From assembly GCA_043827405.1 (NCBI GenBank), contig JBDRPD010000012.1, forward strand, positions 1 through 64,000: a DNA stretch of 64,000 nt, written 5' to 3'. A program made the position numbers and the translations under genes. The notes under the pieces are model-generated. The model did no database searches. It worked only from the letters and a program-made list of their open reading frames with translations, and was not told the DNA's origin. The stretch is from Elusimicrobiota bacterium (GTDB lineage Bacteria; Elusimicrobiota; Elusimicrobia; UBA1565). Positions 56,940 through 64,000 of the stretch are shown here, piece by piece. Numbering within the stretch: position 1 is the first letter of the stretch; each line of letters begins with the position of its first letter.

Positions 56940-59900
56940 ATGATATCAGCCGCCAGACTACTTTGCCTCGCCGCACTCGTTTTATCCGCGCTTCCGGCGC
57001 ACGGCGACGACAGCTCACCTATCCTTTCTCAGGTGCAGTATACCGACTGCCTGGGCAATTTCCTGTCGGGTTCGGTAGCCCTCTCGACCGCCCGCACCAA
57101 TGTCCGCGTGCTGGTGCAGGACAGCGGCGGCGGCCTGGCCTTCGCCAACTATCCGAGCACCGGAGGCATCGCCCAGGGCGGGACCTCGGGCATCGGTCTC
57201 AGCGCCAACGTGCTGGTGCTCCACCTTGACGATGATTTCCCCGGGGCGCACGACGACAAGTTCGACGACAGCTCCGGTCACGGCAACAACTCGGTCGGGG
57301 GCAACGGCACGGCAGAGGTAACCTCCCCCAACAGCGTCAACGCCGCCTTCGGCCAAGCGCGAACCTTCAGCGGCAGCAACCATATCCGCATTCCCGCCGC
57401 CGCGACGCTCGACTTCGGCGGACTGTTCACATTTCAAGCCTGGATCCGGCCGACCGCCGCCGGCGCTATGCCGATTCTCGAATACAATGACGGCGCCGCA
57501 GACGACGGCCTGCAGTTATGGGTCGGCAATTCGACGCCTACCGCGACCAACTCCCTGTACGCGCTCTTCGTCACCACCACCGGCATCGAGCATCACGTGG
57601 AATCGCCGACGGGAGTCGTCGAACAGGGCGCTGCGGCCAAGTGGCAGCATGTCGCCCTGACCTATAACGGCAGCGTCGGCAGCCTGTATCACAACGGCGT
57701 GCTGGTGGCCTCCAAGACCATCGGCAATGTCCCGCTGAAAACCAACCGGGACCTTTACATCGGCCGGCGTGTCTCGTCGGGCAAGAACTTCACCGGCGAC
57801 ATGGATGAGATCGTCGTCACCAGCCGCTCTTTGTCGGGGACCGCCATCGCCAACGCCTACCATGGCGGCTATATGGACCTGGAGGCTTTCGGCCAGCCGG
57901 CACGGCGGGTACTGCTTTCCACCGGCGCCAATTCCAACTACGGCTCGGGAAGCCCGACGGTTACCCCGCTTACCGGCGACATCCAGGGCCGGACCTCGAT
58001 CACCACGGTCACGCTCACCGGCGTGGACCTCTCCACCGGATCGACCAATGACATGACGCTGGCCTTCCGCGACATCAGCGGCGCCAGTTCGCGGCTGCAG
58101 CAAACCTCGATCGGCGTTAATGTCAACCCGCCGTCGCCCCCGCAATCACTGGTCGGCACGCCCGATTCCACATTGACCGACCGCATCTCTTGGTCCTGGG
58201 CCGCGTCCGACCGCATCTGCCTACGCCAGGTCAATCCCGACCTTCCCGGTCTCTACCGCATCAAGGACGCCTACGATCACAGCACCTTGCCCACCGGAGA
58301 CAACCTGGCCGGACCGCCCACTCCGTTCGTCGAATCCGGCCTTAACACCAATACGATCTACGGCCGCAAAGCCGCGGCCTTCGACGCCTACGGCGAGAGC
58401 GACCTCACCCCGACCACCTCGGTCTACACGCAAGCCGCGGTCCCCAACAGTCAAACGCTTATCAGCGTCAGCACCGGGAGCATGATCGTCGACTGGGGGG
58501 AAAACGGCAATCCCCTCTATACGCGCTACGAAGTCTCGCTGTGGAACTCCGACTACACCATCGCCAGTTCGACGCCGATCTATATCGCCGACAACCATAC
58601 GGACTCCTCGGCGACCCTCACCGGGCTGACGGCGACGACGACCCAGTACATCCGGGTCCGGGCCAAGAATGGCCGCAGCACCGACAACCTCGGACAGTCT
58701 TTTTCCGGCTTTCTCTCGACCGCCATCCCGACCTTGCCCGGCAAGCCCTCGGGACTGACCGCGACCATCGACAGCGCCACCGAGATCACCTGGTCCTGGC
58801 CGGCGCAGCCGACGGCGCGCAGCTACCGTCTGCTGCGCCACCCCGACAACTTTGTGTTCGCGCACATCACCGGCCTAAGCTTCCAGGTCGGCGGAATCGC
58901 GGTAAACACCGAGGTACAAGCCAAGCTGCAAGCCGTCAACGGCTCCGGCGACGGCCTCATAGGTGATCCGATCGAAGCCTACACCAACACCTGGCCGCCG
59001 ACCGGCACGGCCGCATCCAACGTCTCCACCGGCTCGGTGACGATAGCGTGGAACGCCAACAACAATCCATCCTACACGGTTTACCAGGTATTCAAGGCCA
59101 CCGATAACGGCTTTGCCGGGACGGTGGAATCCAAGACCGCGACGCAGACGACCTTGGGCTTTTCCAGTCTGCTGCCCGGAACGACCTATTACTTCCGGGT
59201 GCGCTCCAAAAGCTCCAACGGAACCGCCTCCGCCTACGACACGACGGTATGGGCCGTAACCGACGTGATCGAGCCGATCTCGCAGGCGGCGACGCCCGCT
59301 ACGCCCTACGCTATCGCCCCCGGCGCCGTCGCCGTCTACCATTTCGACGAAAGCACGGGCACGATCGTCATCGACTCTTCGTCCTACAGCAACGACGGCG
59401 TCCTCACCTGCTCCTTCGTCAACTGCTCGACACCGACCTATACGGCGGGCCGCAACGGCTTCGGCACCGCGGTGGACTTCTCCGGCATCCAGAACACCTA
59501 CTGCGGCGTCCCCGACGCCGCCAGCCTGAACACGAGCGGCCACTTGTCGCTGGAGGCCTGGATCAAGCCGGACACCACGCTGCAGACCCCGGGGGCGACC
59601 ATAGTGGCCAAGGGCAGCGGTTCCTTCGAGGCCTATGGACTCGATCTGCAGAGCGGCAAGGCGCGCTTCTTCATCCGCGACAACACCCCGGTAACGCCCG
59701 AGTTCCACTCCGTCAGCTCTACCCAGAACATCCTGGCGGGCCGCTGGACGCATCTCATCGGCGTATACCAGGAGAAGGCCGCGCCGACACTCAGCATCTA
59801 TATCGACGGCATGCTGTCGAACGCCGCGGGAGTGACGCTTGACGGCGGCGCCACCGCCCGCCTAACCAACAGCCATCCCCTCTCCATCGGCAGCCGCAAG

Positions 59901-60809
59901 TCCGGCGCCACCAACTACGACCTCGCCTTCCAGGGACTGATCGACGAGGTCCATGTCGTGACCGCCGAACTGACCGCGTCTTCCGCCGCGACGAACTACC
60001 AGTCGGGGAGCGCCAGCACCATCACCATGCCGTCGCCCAACAATGGCGTCAGCCTCATCATTCCGCCCGACGCCTTCGGCGGCGATACCACCATCTCGGT
60101 CTCCTCGGATCCCATCGATAATCCGATCCGCGCCGACGCCCAGCATGTGATCAGCAGCCTCGCCACACCGCCGCAGAACTTCACGCTCGTGCCGGGAACC
60201 CTGATCGAGGTCGTCCCCAGCCAGTCCGGCGTCGCAATCCCGGCAGGCACGCTCCTCGCCTCTTCGGTTACGCTCGCTATCGCCTACCCGGACCAGGACT
60301 CGAACGCCCTGGTCGACGGGACGAGTCCGTCCCTGCCGGCGCGCACGCTCAAGATGTACCGGCTCCATGATGCGGTTGCCGGACGATGGGACCTCCTGCC
60401 GTCCTTCGTAGATCAGGACAACAAGCGGGTCGTCGCGCTGACCAACCATTTCTCGGTCTTCGCGCTGTTCGGTCCGTCGGGGATCGAACTCGACACCAAC
60501 AGCGTGACTATTTACCCCATCCCGTGGAAGCCGGGGAGCGGCGGACGCTTCGATAACGCGACCCACCACCTCGACTTGGCGCGCCAAGGACTGGCGTTCG
60601 GAAATCTCACGGAAGAAGGCACGATCGCGATCTTCACCCTGTCGGGAGAGCGCGTCGTGACGCTCTCCTATTCCGGCACCGACGCCGGAACCTTTATTTG
60701 GGACGGCACGAACACCGCCGGGCGCAAAGTAGCCAGCGGCGTATATTTCGCCCATATACGCCCCCTTCCCGGAGCTGAAGTACTGTTGAAATTCGCGGTG
60801 GAAAGATGA
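56940..60809 (+). CDS. Large secreted LamG/fibronectin-III protein with C-terminal FlgD-Ig/T9SS-CTD-like domain
   Basis: Signal peptide, two LamG-like domains (AWIRP..WQHVA..FTGDMDE; AWIKP..WTHLI..FQGLIDE), FN3-like repeats, NHFSVFA, and terminal YPIP..IFTLSGERV..WDG..VASGVYF. Confidence 0.85.
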   Translation: MISAARLLCLAALVLSALPAHGDDSSPILSQVQYTDCLGNFLSGSVALSTARTNVRVLVQDSGGGLAFANYPSTGGIAQGGTSGIGLSANVLVLHLDDDFPGAHDDKFDDSSGHGNNSVGGNGTAEVTSPNSVNAAFGQARTFSGSNHIRIPAAATLDFGGLFTFQAWIRPTAAGAMPILEYNDGAADDGLQLWVGNSTPTATNSLYALFVTTTGIEHHVESPTGVVEQGAAAKWQHVALTYNGSVGSLYHNGVLVASKTIGNVPLKTNRDLYIGRRVSSGKNFTGDMDEIVVTSRSLSGTAIANAYHGGYMDLEAFGQPARRVLLSTGANSNYGSGSPTVTPLTGDIQGRTSITTVTLTGVDLSTGSTNDMTLAFRDISGASSRLQQTSIGVNVNPPSPPQSLVGTPDSTLTDRISWSWAASDRICLRQVNPDLPGLYRIKDAYDHSTLPTGDNLAGPPTPFVESGLNTNTIYGRKAAAFDAYGESDLTPTTSVYTQAAVPNSQTLISVSTGSMIVDWGENGNPLYTRYEVSLWNSDYTIASSTPIYIADNHTDSSATLTGLTATTTQYIRVRAKNGRSTDNLGQSFSGFLSTAIPTLPGKPSGLTATIDSATEITWSWPAQPTARSYRLLRHPDNFVFAHITGLSFQVGGIAVNTEVQAKLQAVNGSGDGLIGDPIEAYTNTWPPTGTAASNVSTGSVTIAWNANNNPSYTVYQVFKATDNGFAGTVESKTATQTTLGFSSLLPGTTYYFRVRSKSSNGTASAYDTTVWAVTDVIEPISQAATPATPYAIAPGAVAVYHFDESTGTIVIDSSSYSNDGVLTCSFVNCSTPTYTAGRNGFGTAVDFSGIQNTYCGVPDAASLNTSGHLSLEAWIKPDTTLQTPGATIVAKGSGSFEAYGLDLQSGKARFFIRDNTPVTPEFHSVSSTQNILAGRWTHLIGVYQEKAAPTLSIYIDGMLSNAAGVTLDGGATARLTNSHPLSIGSRKSGATNYDLAFQGLIDEVHVVTAELTASSAATNYQSGSASTITMPSPNNGVSLIIPPDAFGGDTTISVSSDPIDNPIRADAQHVISSLATPPQNFTLVPGTLIEVVPSQSGVAIPAGTLLASSVTLAIAYPDQDSNALVDGTSPSLPARTLKMYRLHDAVAGRWDLLPSFVDQDNKRVVALTNHFSVFALFGPSGIELDTNSVTIYPIPWKPGSGGRFDNATHHLDLARQGLAFGNLTEEGTIAIFTLSGERVVTLSYSGTDAGTFIWDGTNTAGRKVASGVYFAHIRPLPGAEVLLKFAVER

Positions 60810-61780
60810 TCCGGCTGCTTCCCTTGCTCCTGCTTCTCCTCCTGCCGCCGCCGGCGGCGGGGACTGGTTTTTCCAAGAGCAACGCCGGCACCTCCGGCGG
60901 CGAGTTTCTGAAATTCGGGGCCGATGCCCGCGGCGTCGCCATGGGAGGCGAGGTTTCCGCGGCGAGCGAGGACGCCGCCGCCATCTACTGGAACCCCGCC
61001 GGCTTGGCGCGTCTCACGCAGCGGCATGGGACCTTTACCGGAGGGATTCTATACCAGGATGTAAAATACGGCTTTGCCGCATATGCCCATCCCATCAAAC
61101 CGCTGATCCCCACACGCCGGCGCGAGATACGGCCGAGCGTGCGCGGCACCCTCGCCGTGGCGGGGCTTTATTTGAACGCCGGCACGTTGAAAGCGAGGGA
61201 TAACCAGGGTGAAGATACCGACGGCTCGTTCACCCCGCGCGATGCGGCTTTCATCGCCGGCTGGGGCGCCAGTTTCAGCGAGTCGATCGACATCGGGCTG
61301 ACGCTCAAATATATAGACTCGCGCATCCAGGCGGTGGCCCGCACCGGCACGATGGACCTCGGCGCGCGCTACAACGGCCAGTTCTTCGACTGGCCCTATA
61401 TCTTCGCGCTCAACGCCCGCAATGTCGGCGGGCAGCTGCGCTTTCGCCAACAGGCGGACCCGCTGCCGACGAGCTTCCGCGTCGGGCAGTCCCTGCGCCT
61501 GACCGAACTCTGGCTGCTGTCATTGGACGTTGTGATGCCGCGCGACAACAATATCTATGCCGCGGCGGGAACGGAGGTTCGCATCCCGGTCGACGAACGC
61601 TTCGAGACGTTTATCCGGGGCGGCTGGTCGGGGCGGACCAATAGCGGCGCCCTGGAGGGCATGGCGGGATTTTCCTTCGGACTCGGTCTCGGCTACCGCA
61701 GCTTCGTCTTCGACTATGCCTGGCTGCCCTACGGCGTCCTCGGCCATACCCAGCGGCTCACTCTCGCCTACCGTTTTTAG
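60806..61780 (+). CDS. PorV/PorQ-like (UPF0164-type) outer-membrane barrel
   Basis: FLKFGADARGVAMG, IYWNPAGL and C-terminal DYAWLPYGVLGHTQRLTLAYRF. ATGA overlap with the upstream gene. Confidence 0.87.
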   Translation: MIRLLPLLLLLLLPPPAAGTGFSKSNAGTSGGEFLKFGADARGVAMGGEVSAASEDAAAIYWNPAGLARLTQRHGTFTGGILYQDVKYGFAAYAHPIKPLIPTRRREIRPSVRGTLAVAGLYLNAGTLKARDNQGEDTDGSFTPRDAAFIAGWGASFSESIDIGLTLKYIDSRIQAVARTGTMDLGARYNGQFFDWPYIFALNARNVGGQLRFRQQADPLPTSFRVGQSLRLTELWLLSLDVVMPRDNNIYAAAGTEVRIPVDERFETFIRGGWSGRTNSGALEGMAGFSFGLGLGYRSFVFDYAWLPYGVLGHTQRLTLAYRF

Positions 61781-63063
61781 CAGACGACGGGATGGCCGAC
61801 CGCGGCCTGCGGCGAATCGCCGGCGGCGTGCTTCTTGATCACGTCCGCCCGGCTTTCCGACCGGCGCAGCATCAGGAGCACGGGCACGCACAGCAGCGCG
61901 ATGAAGCCTCCGACAACGTAGCCGAAATCGAGGGAATGCCGCTTCGCCACCCCGCCCAGGAGGCAGTGGCCGGCCGCCTCGGCACCGCCGGAGACAAAAG
62001 AGTCGAAAGAAGCCACCGTCGCGCGGAACTCCGCCGGCGCCGCCGCGTGGAGATAGGCCTGCTTTACCGGAGCATAAACGCCCAGCGCCGCCATGGCGAG
62101 CAAGTAGTAGGCCAGCGCGGCGCCAAAGCCGCCCGCCGCACCCACGCCGACCGCGGCGATGCCGAAAACCGCGGCCGCGCACAGCAGCAGCGTCGTACGC
62201 CGGCCGCACCAGCTCTCGCAGCGCCGGACCGCGGCATTGCCCGCCATCACCGCCGTCGCAACGGCGGCGGCGATCAGGCTGGCGATCCACGGCGCGCTAC
62301 CCGCCAGCATCCCCAGGAAATAGGGCTGCCAGGCGCGATAGCCCCAAGCGAGAAAAGCCGCCTGCAATGCGGAAGCCGCGAGCAGCCAGCGCAGTTGCTT
62401 GTCCTGCCAGCCGAAAAAGAGCGCCGCCCGCATGGCCTTTCGCACCTCGGCGGGAAAATCAGCGGCGGCGGCCGTCTTCGGGGTAAAGCCGATATCCCGC
62501 ATCCGCCCCCAGGCGAAATAAGCCGCCGCCGCCAAGACTGCCGTGCGCACGAGGTACGGCAGCGCAAGATGCAGCGAACCGAGCAGCCCGCCGGTGACGA
62601 GCCCGGCGAGCAGTCCAGCTCCGGAGTAGACCGACGCCTGCGCGAACACGTACTCCAGAGGATGAGGGTCGCCGGACTCCCGCAGCGCGTCGACGGCCCA
62701 GGCCTCCAGCGTCCCGGACAAGCAGGCGGCACCCAGACCAAGAAGGAGGGACACGACAGTGAACGCGAAAACGCCGCCATGCGCCAGCCCGACGAGCGCA
62801 TAGAGCAGCGTCCCCGCCGCCAGCACCGCGAGCGCGAAGAGCAGACAGCGGCGGCGCCCCCAAACATCGGCGGCCGCGCCGGCCGGGATCTCCGCCAAGG
62901 CGGCGGCGGCGGCGAAAGCGGCGTAGACAAAAAACAGACCGAATAGGCCGAGTCCGGACCGCAAGAGGAACAGGGTATTGACGCCCCACACCAAAGAGAG
63001 GGCGAACGTGACCCATCCCGTCAAACGGCAGAACGTGTCCAGGATTTCGTCGGCTTTGGACGT
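61777..63063 (-). CDS. MFS transporter (start uncertain: ACG at 63063 or TTG at 63024)
   Basis: About 12 TMs, EIPAGAAADVWGRR motif A, SGTLEAW and RATVASF. Confidence 0.87.
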   Translation of the reverse strand, partial: TSKADEILDTFCRLTGWVTFALSLVWGVNTLFLLRSGLGLFGLFFVYAAFAAAAALAEIPAGAAADVWGRRRCLLFALAVLAAGTLLYALVGLAHGGVFAFTVVSLLLGLGAACLSGTLEAWAVDALRESGDPHPLEYVFAQASVYSGAGLLAGLVTGGLLGSLHLALPYLVRTAVLAAAAYFAWGRMRDIGFTPKTAAAADFPAEVRKAMRAALFFGWQDKQLRWLLAASALQAAFLAWGYRAWQPYFLGMLAGSAPWIASLIAAAVATAVMAGNAAVRRCESWCGRRTTLLLCAAAVFGIAAVGVGAAGGFGAALAYYLLAMAALGVYAPVKQAYLHAAAPAEFRATVASFDSFVSGGAEAAGHCLLGGVAKRHSLDFGYVVGGFIALLCVPVLLMLRRSESRADVIKKHAAGDSPQAAVGHPVVC

Positions 63064-63064
63064 G

Positions 63065-63538
63065 TTAGGAACTCCCTGCCGCCCGCGCCAAGCGGCGCAG
63101 TCCGCCGCTCAGGCAAACGGCGGCGGCGGCGAGCAGCGCCCCCGTCGCCCAGCCCCCGACGGTAAACCGCAGAACGGCGAAGTAGTACAAGACAAGATTC
63201 CCCAGGCACAGCAGACCGAAAAAGAAGCGGCGGCGCCGGCGTTCGCGAATCTCGGGGACGCGTCCCGAGACGATCCAGGTCCAAGCCAGCACGAGCACGG
63301 CCGTTAAGGCGCTCCCGCCGGCGAAGAGCAGCCCGGCGATGAGCACCTCGCCGGAACTGAAGCTGGTCAGCAGCATGGCGGGGGACTTAAGACTGATGAG
63401 CGCGGCCGGCAGGACCAGTACGGTCACCGGCGCGGCGAGAAGCAGGGCCCAAAATCTCCGGGTTTTCGCGAAAACCTTTATTTTTTCGCAAGCGCCGGCC
63501 TTTTTGGGCATATCCGTCATCGTCAAGATTCTATGCAA
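63065..63538 (-). CDS. Hypothetical membrane protein (~4 TM)
   Basis: Four hydrophobic segments; the start is uncertain among several in-frame ATGs. Confidence 0.6.
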   Translation of the reverse strand: MHRILTMTDMPKKAGACEKIKVFAKTRRFWALLLAAPVTVLVLPAALISLKSPAMLLTSFSSGEVLIAGLLFAGGSALTAVLVLAWTWIVSGRVPEIRERRRRRFFFGLLCLGNLVLYYFAVLRFTVGGWATGALLAAAAVCLSGGLRRLARAAGSS

Positions 63539-63602
63539 AATCCCGACGAATTACAATCATCGCCAATTATCTATAATACGCACGATCCCAAGGAGGAACA
63601 CC

Positions 63603-64000
63603 ATGCCCAAAGCAATCATGAAGACGAACAAGGGAGTCATCCATCTTGAGCTGTTCGACAAGGACGCCCCTGGAACCGTAAAGAACTTCATCGACCTATC
63701 CAAGAAAGGATTCTACAACGGACTTAAGTTCCACCGCGTCATCGATAATTTCATGATCCAGGGAGGCTGCCCGCACGGAACCGGAACCGGCGGCCCCGGC
63801 TATGAGATCAAGTGCGAGATCAACAAGCAGAAGCACACGCCGGGCACGCTCTCGATGGCGCATGCCGGCAAGGACACCGGCGGCAGCCAGTTCTTCATCA
63901 CCCATACCGCCACCCCGCACCTTGACGGAGTGCATACCGTCTTCGGCCGCACGACGGATATGGACGTGGTCAACGCCATAGTAAAGGGCGACGTCATGGA
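63603..64000 (+). CDS. Cyclophilin-type peptidyl-prolyl isomerase, truncated by the window end
   Basis: AGGAGG RBS. Manual translation gives [35 protein letters not shown] and [10 protein letters not shown]. Confidence 0.95.
   Translation, partial: MPKAIMKTNKGVIHLELFDKDAPGTVKNFIDLSKKGFYNGLKFHRVIDNFMIQGGCPHGTGTGGPGYEIKCEINKQKHTPGTLSMAHAGKDTGGSQFFITHTATPHLDGVHTVFGRTTDMDVVNAIVKGDVM

Overview
A GC-rich bacterial chromosomal window from a diderm organism. The gene repertoire suggests Elusimicrobiota, but this is inference only. It holds five main blocks. (1) After the 3' end of a sigma54-type activator gene lies a five-gene electron-transfer operon: an MtrA/DmsE-like decaheme cytochrome, an MtrB/PioB-like porin, a tetraheme cytochrome and two CbcL-like multiheme c/cytochrome b fusions, with 44 CxxCH motifs in total. 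(2) A housekeeping run on the minus strand reads PTS IIA, APC permease, def, fmt, PASTA, rpe, rpsP, khpA, trmD, rplS, rnhB, aminotransferase, with no rimM; a HemD-inositol monophosphatase fusion is transcribed divergently. (3) An unusual type I PKS/FAS (KS-AT-KS-ACPx4-KR-DH) has Thr in place of the phosphopantetheine-accepting Ser in all four ACPs and is coupled to a PPTase and an acyl-CoA carboxyltransferase. (4) Two oligopeptide-type ABC systems are followed by an acyl-CoA ligase and a probable CC-adding enzyme. (5) PorV-like barrels occur twice, one beside a large LamG/FN3 protein with a T9SS/FlgD-like C-terminal domain. I found no tRNA, rRNA, CRISPR array or mobile element. All family calls come from motif reading by eye; no searches were run.
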